A DNA stretch of 35,278 nt from the NCBI GenBank assembly GCA_001872685.1, contig MNWS01000121.1, forward strand, positions 1 through 35,278. Reading direction: 5' to 3'. Position numbers and translations under genes: made by a program. The notes beneath the pieces are model-generated. The model did not search any database and was not told the DNA's origin. It worked only from the letters and a program-made list of their open reading frames with translations. How positions within the stretch are numbered: position 1 is the first letter of the stretch; the number at the start of each line of letters is the position of its first letter. This DNA comes from Fidelibacterota bacterium CG1_02_48_14 (GTDB taxonomy: Bacteria > Fidelibacterota > UBA8477). Positions 16,658 to 26,520 of this stretch are shown here, piece after piece.

Positions 16658-17857
16658 ATGTTAGCAAGTATAAACACGACTTTGATTTCAATTCTGGCGG
16701 CAATTTTTACGCTTGGAATACTCATTTTAATTCACGAGTTGGGTCATTTTTTGGCCGCTCGTTCGGTTGGAATTCGGGTGGAACGATTCTCCATCGGTTT
16801 CCCGCCCCGGTTTTTAACCTTTCGCAATAAATTCGACGGATTGTGGATGACCATCTATGTCCCCTGGTTCCTGCAGCGGCTTTTCAATGCCGAGATGGTG
16901 GAGTACCGGTTCCGTCGCAGAAACCCCAAAGCTGGCGATACGGAATACAGTGTCTCCTGGACACCGCTCGGTGGCTATGTCAAAATGGCCGGCACTATTG
17001 ACGAATCCCTCGACACCGCCATCCAGGGCAAACCATGGGAATTCACCAGTAAAAAGAAATGGCAACAATTGCTCGTCATTTCAGCCGGCGTCGTGATGAA
17101 CACGATATTAGCCTGGTTCCTGTTTAGCACGATTTTCCTGTCCAGCGGTGTGGGCGAGATGACCAATTCCACAATCGTCGGGAGTTTGAGTGGCACGCAA
17201 TCGCGCCCGGTTTATCCGGCTGAGGCAGCAGGGTTATTGCCGGGTGACAAGATTCTCACGGTGAATGACCAAAAAATAAATGAATGGGATGACCTGATTA
17301 CGGTCATTCACGGTTTACCCGGGCAGGAAATTTCCATTGAATGGGAGCGTGCCGGTGAGACGAAAACAGCGACCTTAACAACCGTATCGGAAAAAGTCCC
17401 AACCGACGATGGGGTTGAGCAGTACGGCATGATTGGCATTGGTCCGGAAGTCATTCAGCGATCCGTTGGCGTTTGGGAGGCTGCCAAGTTGGGTGCTCAG
17501 AATACCTATAATTTTGGAACCTTGATGGTGCGTAGCCTGGGAATGCTTATCTCGGGGGATGCTTCTGTGAAGGAGCTGGGTGGACCTGTGGCAATTGCCA
17601 AAATGGCCGGGGATATGGCCCGACAGGGCTGGCTGGATGTTTTTTATTTTATGGCGATCCTCTCCGTGAACCTGGCTTTTATCAATATTCTGCCCATCCC
17701 TGGACTGGACGGTGGTCAATTTATCATTATCGCGATTGAAGGCATGATACGTCGGCCGCTACCGATCAAGGTGAAAGTGGTCATTCAGCAAGTGGGCATG
17801 GTGTTACTGCTTGGCCTGATCATTTTTGTAACGATCCAGGACATTGCAAAGTTATAG
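16658..17857 (+). CDS. rseP: RIP site-2 metalloprotease RseP (M50 family)
   Basis: HELGHF zinc motif, a PDZ-like middle region, and NILPIPGLDGG. Confidence 0.9.
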   Translation: MLASINTTLISILAAIFTLGILILIHELGHFLAARSVGIRVERFSIGFPPRFLTFRNKFDGLWMTIYVPWFLQRLFNAEMVEYRFRRRNPKAGDTEYSVSWTPLGGYVKMAGTIDESLDTAIQGKPWEFTSKKKWQQLLVISAGVVMNTILAWFLFSTIFLSSGVGEMTNSTIVGSLSGTQSRPVYPAEAAGLLPGDKILTVNDQKINEWDDLITVIHGLPGQEISIEWERAGETKTATLTTVSEKVPTDDGVEQYGMIGIGPEVIQRSVGVWEAAKLGAQNTYNFGTLMVRSLGMLISGDASVKELGGPVAIAKMAGDMARQGWLDVFYFMAILSVNLAFINILPIPGLDGGQFIIIAIEGMIRRPLPIKVKVVIQQVGMVLLLGLIIFVTIQDIAKL

Positions 17858-17886
17858 TCGCTGTTGATCCGGCAGTTTGATACGCC

Positions 17887-18846
17887 ATGGCTTCAAAACC
17901 ACCTGTAAAGCAACATAAAACCAGTGTAATTCGATGGTTACGATATACCATTGAATGCATCGCATTGGTGGTATTTACCATTCTGATGAAGTTGCTCCCC
18001 TGGGCATTTGTGTGGCGTTTTGGTCGCGGGTTGGGGTGGTTCATGGTGCGTTTTATTCCGATTCGCAAGGGTATCGTGAGGAAAAATCTGGAGCGAGCAT
18101 TTCCGGATTGGGATACCAAAACAGTTGAAAAAGCAGTACGTGGCGTGTACGCCCATTGGGGTGAAAGTTTCATCTCCACGATGAAAGTGTGGACCATGTC
18201 CGATCGCAAAGTCATGTCGTTGGTCAGTTCGCCGGGATTTGCTGAATATGTACAGGCGAAACAGGCAGCGCACCAACCCTACATTCTGTTCACCGGACAT
18301 TTTGGAAGTTGGGAGTTTGCGGGTCGTTATATGGGAATAATCGCTGGTGGGACATCCGCGATTTACAGAATTCAGCGCAATCCGTTGGCCGATAAATTCC
18401 TGTCCTGGCTGCGTAACCGGAAACAAATGGTGTTGGTAGATTCCTGGTCAAAAATGCCCGCCTTCGTAAAAGCACTACACGAGGTGGGGAATATGTGTGT
18501 TGTGGGTGACCAGTATAAAGGGAAGGATGGCGTGACGGTAGATTTTTTCAATCTAGCCTCCCCCAGTCCCAAGGGTGTCGCCGTTTTGGCTTACCGTGGC
18601 ATGGCGGAAATCATTTATGTGGCCATGCATATTCACCGCGGCCGCTATGTTATGGATTGGGAACCGTTGCCGTTTAGTCGTCCAGACCGAATTGATGAAA
18701 ATTATATTCATGATGTCGTCAGCACTGGCTTGAAAAAACTCGAAGCGACGATTCGGCAATTTCCTGAACAATATTTGTGGTTTCATAAACGTTGGCGAAA
18801 TATTGATCGGGTGGAAGCAGCCGCTCGGAAACCTGCGTCGGTCTGA
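17887..18846 (+). CDS. Lipid A late acyltransferase-like protein (LpxL/LPLAT family)
   Basis: FTGHFGSWEF (HX4-type acyltransferase motif as in LpxL/LpxM), an N-terminal membrane anchor, about 320 aa, and a position in the lipid A/msbA context. Acyl-chain specificity is unknown. Confidence 0.7.
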   Translation: MASKPPVKQHKTSVIRWLRYTIECIALVVFTILMKLLPWAFVWRFGRGLGWFMVRFIPIRKGIVRKNLERAFPDWDTKTVEKAVRGVYAHWGESFISTMKVWTMSDRKVMSLVSSPGFAEYVQAKQAAHQPYILFTGHFGSWEFAGRYMGIIAGGTSAIYRIQRNPLADKFLSWLRNRKQMVLVDSWSKMPAFVKALHEVGNMCVVGDQYKGKDGVTVDFFNLASPSPKGVAVLAYRGMAEIIYVAMHIHRGRYVMDWEPLPFSRPDRIDENYIHDVVSTGLKKLEATIRQFPEQYLWFHKRWRNIDRVEAAARKPASV

Positions 18847-18892
18847 CCCTAAGTAACTTGATCAAAACCTTTTGGAATCGTATCATTCCCCG

Positions 18893-19522
18893 ATGCAAAT
18901 CATTGCCGTAAATCAAACTGGCCAGGTTAGTGATAAGGATCTGCACCGCGCCATTGCCGTGTTGGAACGGGGAGGTGTCATTGGATACCCCACCGATACC
19001 CTGTATGGCTTGGGTGTGGATAGCACCAACGCCGCCGCGGTAAACCATTTGTTTCAAGTTAAAAACCGTCTCTCAGTACCGGTTTCCATCATGCTGGATT
19101 CGGTTGAATCCCTGCTGGCCGCACTTGTAAATCCGGATGCTGCTGTTGAAAAATTGGTGCGCGCCTTCTTGCCGGGTGAATTAACCATTGTTGGGAAATG
19201 CAATTTGGATTTGGCTGCGGGTATCCCCGCGAGGAGTGGTTTAACAGGTATGCGCGTTCCCAACCATGCATTGGATTTGGCTCTGGTGAAGACTCTGGGG
19301 CGTCCGATCACCAGCACTTCCGCCAATCTTTCCGGATTCCCCAGTGCGCTCAACATCGAAACGGTCATCGCCTATTTTAATGACCAGATCGAGTTATTAT
19401 TCGATCAGGGCACGTTGCGCCATTCTCCCGGGAGCACAGTCCTTGACATTTCCCAAAGACCCTTTAAAATTTTACGGGAAGGTGCGATTAAAAGGACCCA
19501 ATTAGAGCCCTACCTGGTCTGA
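18893..19522 (+). CDS. tsaC: L-threonylcarbamoyladenylate synthase (TsaC/YrdC family)
   Basis: GGVIGYPTDTLYGLGVD motif; about 210 aa, the short YrdC-type form. ATG 18893 is preferred over the upstream TTG 18872. Confidence 0.8.
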   Translation: MQIIAVNQTGQVSDKDLHRAIAVLERGGVIGYPTDTLYGLGVDSTNAAAVNHLFQVKNRLSVPVSIMLDSVESLLAALVNPDAAVEKLVRAFLPGELTIVGKCNLDLAAGIPARSGLTGMRVPNHALDLALVKTLGRPITSTSANLSGFPSALNIETVIAYFNDQIELLFDQGTLRHSPGSTVLDISQRPFKILREGAIKRTQLEPYLV

Positions 19523-19534
19523 AAAAAACAAATC

Positions 19535-21349
19535 ATGTACTCACGCATTCTGAAATTAGCACGTCCCTTCTGGCCTCAAATCGGCGGGGGCATGATCTCG
19601 TCTATCATCAATGTCTTGTCGGGTGGGATCGCGATATGGTTCGCAGCGTCGTTCGTTTCAACGCTATTTGGCGCTACACCGCAAGTTGTGGAATCCGTCG
19701 CATTGAATTCAGATTGGTCAAATATCAACGAGTATCTCAAATGGGTGACCTACCATTTCATTACCGGAGGTGACAGGGTTGCAGCTTTACGCGCCGTGGT
19801 TCTGGTTGTTCTGGTCAGCTATTTAATCAAAAGTCTGACTTATTATACCACCTGGGTACTCAATGGCTGGGTGCAGGTGCGGGTGATTCGGAACTTGCGC
19901 AACATGATTTTCGACCATTTCCTGCATCAACCACTGGCCTTCTATAATACCCGCCGCACGGGTGATATGATTTCGTTGGCGATGAATGACGTGATGCAGG
20001 TGAATAATGCGTTAACCACGACCTTTCGTCCGCTCATCATCGAGCCACTGAATATCATTGTGTACATCAGTCTGCTGTTCGTCATTCAGTGGAAATTAGC
20101 GCTGATTTCACTCCTGGTAGCGCCGGTTACAGGCTTTTTCATCGTGAAAATCAGCCAAAGTCTACGGCGCAAAGCCAAACGAACGCAAGTCCAGCTCGGT
20201 GAAGTGACCTCACGGATGACTGAGACATTTTCCGGCATTCGCATTGTGAAAGCGTTCAATGCCGAACCGGTAGAATCAAAGCGGTTTCACGCTGAGACGC
20301 AAAAATTATTGAAGTTGATGTTCCGCCAGATCCGGCTCCAGGGAGTGAACCTTCCGATAACGGAGATGCTGGGAGTGACCATGGCGGTCTCCCTCCTTTA
20401 TTACGGCGGGCTTCAAGTCCTGCAATATCATACGATTACCAGTGAAGATTTTATGCGGTTCATCGCCCTGCTCTTCGCACTATTCCAACCCATTCGAAAT
20501 TTGGCTAATGTGAATGTACCGATTCAGACCGGTATCGCGGCTGGTGAACGGATTTTTGGTATGTTGGATGTCAAATCGGACATTCGGGATTTGCCGGATG
20601 CCATTGCATTGCCACCGTTTATCTCGAAAATCGAGTATCAGGATGTTCATTTTCAGTACGCCCAAAGTACGATTCCCGCTGTAACCGAAATCAATCTCAC
20701 GATTAATAAGGGTGAAGTTGTGGCGCTGGTGGGGGCGAGCGGCGCGGGAAAAACCACCGTGGCTGACTTGTTACCGCGTTTTTATGATGTATCATCCGGC
20801 AGTATTACAATCGACGGGCTGGATATTCGCCATGTGACGCGATTTTCGCTCAGGGCTCAACTGGGCATCGTGAGCCAGGAGACGATTCTCTTTAATGACT
20901 CGATCCATAATAACATCGCCTATGGGATGGAAAAATCACGGCTGGAGGTTATTGAGGCTGCGAAACTGGCACACGCGCATCAATTCATCGAAGAGATGGA
21001 TGATGGCTACGAAAGTGTGATCGGTGAACGCGGCACACGTCTGTCCGGTGGTCAGCGGCAACGTCTGGCCATCGCACGCGCCCTTTTGAAAAATCCGGCC
21101 ATTTTGATTTTGGATGAAGCCACTTCGGCACTGGATACCGAATCCGAACGACTCGTACAACAGGCGATTGACCGACTCATGAAAAACCGCACAGCGATTG
21201 TCATTGCGCATCGCTTGACTACCATTTTGAATGCGGACAAGATCGTCGCGATGGATCGTGGGAAAATCATTGAGGTAGGCACGCATAAGGAGCTTTTGAC
21301 CCAAGGTGGCTTGTACAAAAAACTCTATCAAATGCAGTTCGAAAATTAA
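19535..21349 (+). CDS. msbA: ABC exporter, fused permease-ATPase, MsbA-like lipid A flippase
   Basis: A six-TM N-terminal domain, Walker A GASGAGKTT, signature LSGGQRQR, and Walker B ILILDEATSALD. The msbA call rests on context (lpxL-like and lpx genes nearby). Confidence 0.75.
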   Translation: MYSRILKLARPFWPQIGGGMISSIINVLSGGIAIWFAASFVSTLFGATPQVVESVALNSDWSNINEYLKWVTYHFITGGDRVAALRAVVLVVLVSYLIKSLTYYTTWVLNGWVQVRVIRNLRNMIFDHFLHQPLAFYNTRRTGDMISLAMNDVMQVNNALTTTFRPLIIEPLNIIVYISLLFVIQWKLALISLLVAPVTGFFIVKISQSLRRKAKRTQVQLGEVTSRMTETFSGIRIVKAFNAEPVESKRFHAETQKLLKLMFRQIRLQGVNLPITEMLGVTMAVSLLYYGGLQVLQYHTITSEDFMRFIALLFALFQPIRNLANVNVPIQTGIAAGERIFGMLDVKSDIRDLPDAIALPPFISKIEYQDVHFQYAQSTIPAVTEINLTINKGEVVALVGASGAGKTTVADLLPRFYDVSSGSITIDGLDIRHVTRFSLRAQLGIVSQETILFNDSIHNNIAYGMEKSRLEVIEAAKLAHAHQFIEEMDDGYESVIGERGTRLSGGQRQRLAIARALLKNPAILILDEATSALDTESERLVQQAIDRLMKNRTAIVIAHRLTTILNADKIVAMDRGKIIEVGTHKELLTQGGLYKKLYQMQFEN

Positions 21350-21355
21350 TTCAAA

Positions 21356-22840
21356 ATGAGTTGGCTGGGATTGACCAAACAGGTTTGGCGTGCGCTGCTC
21401 GCCTTCACGCTCTTGCGAATAATATTAGCAATGGTGACGCCATTGACGCCGCAGGAAGCTTATTACTGGAGCTGGTCCCAGGCAATGGACTGGTCATTTT
21501 TTGACCATCCACCCATGGCAACCTACATGATCTGGTTGACCACGCACCTGTTTGGCCAAACCGAGTTGGGTATCAAATTCGCGGCGATCCTTTTTCTGTT
21601 CGGTACCTATATCATCTGGGCGAAGTTGGTGCAGGAAATATTCCAGAAAGATCACCTGACCTTTGTGGTTGTGTTTGCACTCAATTCCACCATCATTTAC
21701 GAACTTTACGGCTTCGTTATTTCACCGGATTCACCTCTGCTGATGTTCTGGTCGCTGGCGATTTTCATGATTTGGCGACTGGCGAAAACACAGGATGCGA
21801 AATACTGGTACTGGGCTGGTTTGGCCATGGGGTTAAGTTGGCTGTCAAAGTACTCCGGAATATTTCTGGTACCGAGCGTGCTCCTGTTCCTGTTGTTGTC
21901 CAAAGAAAATCGTCGCTGGCTGGCAACTCCCCATCCTTATCTGGCCGGCTTGGTGGCAATAGTCATTTTCCTGCCGGTGTTGTATTGGAACAGTACCCAT
22001 GATTGGGTCTCCTTTGCATTTCAGGGCAGCCGGCGGGTCGGTGGCCTACACGGCCTGGGATTGCGGTATTTTGGTGAATTAATCGGCTCGCAATTGTTCA
22101 TGCTAACACCGTTTATTTTCGGTTTTTTTGTCTGGGGCTGTGTAAAAATTTTGCCCAAAGTGCTGAAAAAGCAACCTATGCCTGACGGTGAGCTGCTTCT
22201 CTTCTCAAGTGGCGCGATCCTGTTGCCATTCTTTACGCTGGTAAGTTTCAAATCGCTGGTGAAAATGAACTGGCTGGTTCCGGCTTATTGGTCATGGCTG
22301 ATTCTGTTTCTGAATGGCTATCTGTCCGAAAACAGATCCCGAAAAGTGATGAAGGTTGGGCTGGTATCATCGCTTGTTTTCTATGCCCTGGGGTTAGCCG
22401 TGATTCTGATCCCGAATGTGCCGTTGGGTGATGGAAATACCTGGAGCGGCTGGCGAGAAACCGCTGCGAAGGTTGATTCAATCTCAAAAACGCTAAGTGT
22501 TACGGGTGAAAAATCATTCGTATTCAGCACCAATTACAAAGTGAGTTCACTCTTGCGATTTTATCTCAAGGGGCAGCCGGAAACATTTGCGCAAAATGTT
22601 TTTGGTGAAGGTGCGCTTCAGTTTGACTACTGGCGATCACCCCGGACACTACAGGGGAAAACGGGAATCCTGGTGGTGGATGACCGTCGTGAGTATCGAT
22701 TTAAACGCAAAAAAATTGAACCCTGGTTTGAAAAAATTGAAAAAATTGACGAATTAAATTTTGCGAATTTTGGGCAACACACGCGGCGCATTCAAATATT
22801 TCGCTGTACAAATTATCGCGGTTTCGCGGTTAAAGATTAG
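21356..22840 (+). CDS. Glycosyltransferase family 39 (ArnT/PMT-like) membrane protein
   Basis: PQEAYYWSWSQ....FFDHPPM N-terminal loop motif typical of ArnT/PMT-type GT-C enzymes. The protein is polytopic with a soluble C-terminal domain. Confidence 0.8.
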   Translation: MSWLGLTKQVWRALLAFTLLRIILAMVTPLTPQEAYYWSWSQAMDWSFFDHPPMATYMIWLTTHLFGQTELGIKFAAILFLFGTYIIWAKLVQEIFQKDHLTFVVVFALNSTIIYELYGFVISPDSPLLMFWSLAIFMIWRLAKTQDAKYWYWAGLAMGLSWLSKYSGIFLVPSVLLFLLLSKENRRWLATPHPYLAGLVAIVIFLPVLYWNSTHDWVSFAFQGSRRVGGLHGLGLRYFGELIGSQLFMLTPFIFGFFVWGCVKILPKVLKKQPMPDGELLLFSSGAILLPFFTLVSFKSLVKMNWLVPAYWSWLILFLNGYLSENRSRKVMKVGLVSSLVFYALGLAVILIPNVPLGDGNTWSGWRETAAKVDSISKTLSVTGEKSFVFSTNYKVSSLLRFYLKGQPETFAQNVFGEGALQFDYWRSPRTLQGKTGILVVDDRREYRFKRKKIEPWFEKIEKIDELNFANFGQHTRRIQIFRCTNYRGFAVKD

Positions 22841-23256
22841 TGAGAATCGACTGGCGGAATCGACCGGAAAGTCCATTTTTCGTTTAGTACAAAATTAAGT
22901 GCCGATGCGATTGCGATGGCCAAAAGGTTACCCCAGAGATAATAGAGTCCGAGTCCTTCAGTGAATGCTATCAGTAACAGCCAATTCATGCTTCCGGCGA
23001 TCCAGCTAACCAGATTAAAACGCAGCAGGCCATACCAGATACTGTGTTGGCGGGCAGAGCGGCGTCCGTGCCAGGTGAATCGGTCATTCCAGATAAAATT
23101 GTTGATGATGGAAAGCTCAATGGCAATTGGCGAGGCGAGTGCGTAATGAATATTTGCATAATGCGTTATAATCCATAATATCCCCATATTGACAAATATG
23201 CCAGATATACCAACAATCCCAAAAGAAGCCAAGCGTTTGCCCAGGTTTGCATTCAC
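22837..23256 (-). CDS. gtrA: GtrA family membrane protein
   Basis: 139 aa, four TM segments, FGIVGISGIFVNMGILWI.. and ..NFVLNEKWTF, typical of GtrA-like proteins. Confidence 0.8.
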   Translation of the reverse strand: MNANLGKRLASFGIVGISGIFVNMGILWIITHYANIHYALASPIAIELSIINNFIWNDRFTWHGRRSARQHSIWYGLLRFNLVSWIAGSMNWLLLIAFTEGLGLYYLWGNLLAIAIASALNFVLNEKWTFRSIPPVDSH

Positions 23257-23325
23257 GGTGAGAATTTAGTCGGGGAAGTTATGATCGCACGGAAATTGTA
23301 TCGGTTGGTTGAGGGGGATCATTAA

Positions 23326-24015
23326 ATGAGATCAATGAAATTTCTGAATTTGATGACGCTGTTTCTGATTGTTCTGTTTGCCGAAAGTTCAGCTCAAAGC
23401 CGATACATCTACAAAGTCAAATATGGATTTTTAACTGCAGGGAGTGCGCGACTCGAATTTAATACCGTCAGTGACACACTTTTAAGTCGGTTCAGTATCA
23501 AGTCCTCTCCCTGGCTTTCAAGATTATGGAAATTGAATGACTCGATTGAGTCTTCCTATGATCTATCCAGTGAGCGTCTGATCTCCCACCATAAACGCAT
23601 TCGTGAAGGGAAATACCATCGCGAATATAACGCCGTATTTTCCTGGGAAGATAGTCTGGTCACGGTGAACACAAAACCAATGGCGCTGGTTTTCCCGAAT
23701 CTCCTGGATATTCCGAGTTTGTTACACCGGCTGCGTCAGGTGGAGTTGACGGTTGGTGATACCCTTATTTACCATCTCTTCGATGGACAAGGGACTGGGA
23801 GATTATCCCTGCTCATTCAAAAAATGGAATCGGTTGAGGTGAATAACCGGAAAGTTTCAACATTTGTAATGATTCCGTTGGAACGCAATCAAAAGGCGGA
23901 TGAAAATGACCTTTCCCTGTCGATTTGGTTATCTGCGAATGCACCGCACGATCCCGTTCGGCTTGCCATTGAAACGCGTTATGGCAGCGCGATCATGACA
24001 CTTGAAGGTAATTAG
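23326..24015 (+). CDS. DUF3108-like exported protein
   Basis: Signal peptide; YKVKYGFLTAGSARLEF near the N-terminus, DIPSLLHRLRQ..L.VGD, and SIWLSAN.PHDPVRLAIETRYGSAIMTL resemble the DUF3108 pattern as I remember it. Confidence 0.6.
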   Translation: MRSMKFLNLMTLFLIVLFAESSAQSRYIYKVKYGFLTAGSARLEFNTVSDTLLSRFSIKSSPWLSRLWKLNDSIESSYDLSSERLISHHKRIREGKYHREYNAVFSWEDSLVTVNTKPMALVFPNLLDIPSLLHRLRQVELTVGDTLIYHLFDGQGTGRLSLLIQKMESVEVNNRKVSTFVMIPLERNQKADENDLSLSIWLSANAPHDPVRLAIETRYGSAIMTLEGN

Positions 24016-24109
24016 GATGTCATCATTCACCGGCGTGAAGCCAGGCTTAGGGCTTGCAAAAAAATCTTCTGCCGTGTACCTTCAAACACACAAAAAGTGA
24101 GTTAGATTA

Positions 24110-25453
24110 ATGAAACGGTTGATAGCTATATTTTTTTTCCTCCCGGTTCTCATGTTCGCCCAAGTTTATGTGATTGAGGTCCACGGCACCATTGATATGG
24201 GGCTTGGCCATTTTTTCGAACGGGCCATTCCAGAAATGAATAAGAAGGGCGGAGACGCCATTATTCTGGACATTGACACGTTTGGAGGCAGGGTTGATGC
24301 CGCCACCATGATGAAAACCGCGCTATTAAAATCCAAGATTATGACCGTCGCATTCGTGAATACAAAAGCCATCTCAGCAGGATCGTTGATCACCTTCGCC
24401 TGTGACACAATCATCATGCATTCGGGTGGCACGATGGGCGCAACCACAGTTGTAGATCAGCAAATGAATAAGGCGAGCGAAAAGGCTCAGTCCTATATGC
24501 GGGAAGAGATGGCCTCTACTGCTGAAGCCAAGGGACGAAATGGCAAAATTGCCATGGCCATGGTGGATGAATCACTTGATATAGATACCCTCGTGCTTGC
24601 TAGTGGCGATACGATGTTTATGGACGACGTGGAAGGCGCTCGTCCTGGGAAACTTCTGACGCTCAGGACATCAACGGCGATTAAATATGGCATTGCCGAT
24701 TATGAGATGGAATCGCTCGAAGAAATTTATTCCCATTTCAATTTGAAGGATCGTGAGATTGAGATCGTAGCACCGACCTGGTCGGAGCAAATCGTTCGAT
24801 TTCTTACCGATCCTATCGTGAGTTCATTGCTCATGACCATCGGCTTTCTCGGACTTATTTTTGAACTTCAGAGTCCCGGCTGGGGTGTGGGTGGGACAAT
24901 CGCCGTGATTGCATTGTCACTCTTTTTCTCCACATCGATTATCGCCGAATTAGCCAGTATCACAGATTTGATTATCATTGTGATCGGATTGACCCTGCTT
25001 GGATTGGAGGTGTTCGTTATCCCGGGCTTCGGCGTTGCCGGTATCGCCGGAATTGCCATCCTCATGTATGGATTATTCCGTGCCATGATACCTGAAATAC
25101 CGACGCAACTGGAGATAAATCGTGCACTGGTTGGCGTTTTGATTTCATTAATCGGCGCAATCGTCGGGAGCGTTCTGCTCATCAAGAACATTGGTAAAAC
25201 CAAATTCTGGCACAAAGTTTCACTTCAGGCGGCCGAACTGAAAACGGAGGGGTATTCATCAACTTTGGGCTTGGAAGGATTGGTGGGGAGCACGGGTGTC
25301 GCATTAACGACATTAAGACCAGCCGGTACTGCGATTCTAAATGGTCAACGCCTTGATGTGGTAACTCTGGGTGATTACATCGAGAAAGACACCAAAATCG
25401 AGGTTGTGCGAGTTGATGGAAATCGGATTTTTGTTCGCGCGGCAACGAATTGA
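24110..25453 (+). CDS. nfeD: NfeD-family membrane-bound ClpP-class serine protease (long form, YqeZ/STOPP-like)
   Basis: An N-terminal ClpP-like domain (ILDIDTFGGRVDAA), central TM helices, and a C-terminal OB-fold NfeD domain (..TLRPAGTAILNGQRLDVVT.G.YI..). It lies immediately upstream of an SPFH gene. Confidence 0.8.
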   Translation: MKRLIAIFFFLPVLMFAQVYVIEVHGTIDMGLGHFFERAIPEMNKKGGDAIILDIDTFGGRVDAATMMKTALLKSKIMTVAFVNTKAISAGSLITFACDTIIMHSGGTMGATTVVDQQMNKASEKAQSYMREEMASTAEAKGRNGKIAMAMVDESLDIDTLVLASGDTMFMDDVEGARPGKLLTLRTSTAIKYGIADYEMESLEEIYSHFNLKDREIEIVAPTWSEQIVRFLTDPIVSSLLMTIGFLGLIFELQSPGWGVGGTIAVIALSLFFSTSIIAELASITDLIIIVIGLTLLGLEVFVIPGFGVAGIAGIAILMYGLFRAMIPEIPTQLEINRALVGVLISLIGAIVGSVLLIKNIGKTKFWHKVSLQAAELKTEGYSSTLGLEGLVGSTGVALTTLRPAGTAILNGQRLDVVTLGDYIEKDTKIEVVRVDGNRIFVRAATN

Positions 25454-25521
25454 TGCCAGAACTGAAAGTCAGAGATTTCTAAAAATCATGATTTTGAAAA
25501 GCTGAAATAACAGGAGTTTTT

Positions 25522-26508
25522 ATGTCCATCACGTTGCTTTTAATCATCGTTGGCATCCTGGCGCTGCTCTTTTTGTTTACCTATTTCATCCCGGTTGGGT
25601 TGTGGGTAAGCGCAGCGGCGGCGCAGGTGTATGTCAGCCTGTTTTCATTGGTAGGTATGCGATTACGGCGGATTCCACCTCCGTTGATTGTGAACGAATT
25701 GATCAGTGGGCGGAAGGCCGGAATTGACATTAATACCGACCTGCTGGAGGCGCATTATCTATCAGGTGGAAATGTAAGCCGGGTTGTCCGGGCATTGATT
25801 GCCGCCGACAAAGCCAACATCCCACTGAGTTTTAAGACGGCCACAGCGATTGATTTGGCTGGTCGGGATGTGTTGGAAGCGGTAAAAATGTCGGTTAATC
25901 CCAAAGTCATTGAGACACCGCGTGTTTCCGCCATCGCCAAAGATGGTATTCAGTTGTTTGGCATTGCCCGTGTGACGGTTCGTGCCAATATCGAGCGATT
26001 GGTTGGTGGGGCCGGGGAAGAGACGGTACTAGCCCGAGTTGGTGAAGGTATCGTCAGTAGTATTGGTTCAGCGGATAGCCACAAAGCGGTGCTGGAAAAT
26101 CCGGATATTATCTCCAAAAAAGTACTGGCCAAAGGGTTGGATGCCGGAACCGCATTCGAGATTCTGTCTATTGATATTGCCGATGTAGATGTTGGTAAGA
26201 ATATTGGTGCACAGCTCCAAATGGATCAGGCCAACGCCGATAAAAACATCGCTCAGGCTAAGGCTGAGGAGCGCCGGGCTATGGCCGTCGCAACGGAACA
26301 GGAAATGAAAGCCAAGACACAGGAAATGCGGGCGCGTGTGGTGGAGGCTGAAGCTCAGGTACCACTTGCCATGGCCGAAGCCTTTAAGCAGGGCAATCTT
26401 GGTGTAATGGATTACTACCGGATGAAAAATATTCAGGCTGATACGGATATGCGTGAGAGTATTTCCGGGGGAGGCACCACAACAAGTGCGCCGTCCGGTA
26501 AAAAATAA
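25522..26508 (+). CDS. floA: Flotillin-like protein FloA (UPF0365/YqfA, SPFH superfamily)
   Basis: [48 protein letters not shown]...[24 protein letters not shown] closely matches the YqfA/FloA family pattern. Confidence 0.9.
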   Translation: MSITLLLIIVGILALLFLFTYFIPVGLWVSAAAAQVYVSLFSLVGMRLRRIPPPLIVNELISGRKAGIDINTDLLEAHYLSGGNVSRVVRALIAADKANIPLSFKTATAIDLAGRDVLEAVKMSVNPKVIETPRVSAIAKDGIQLFGIARVTVRANIERLVGGAGEETVLARVGEGIVSSIGSADSHKAVLENPDIISKKVLAKGLDAGTAFEILSIDIADVDVGKNIGAQLQMDQANADKNIAQAKAEERRAMAVATEQEMKAKTQEMRARVVEAEAQVPLAMAEAFKQGNLGVMDYYRMKNIQADTDMRESISGGGTTTSAPSGKK

Positions 26509-26520
26509 TCCGCAGCTATA

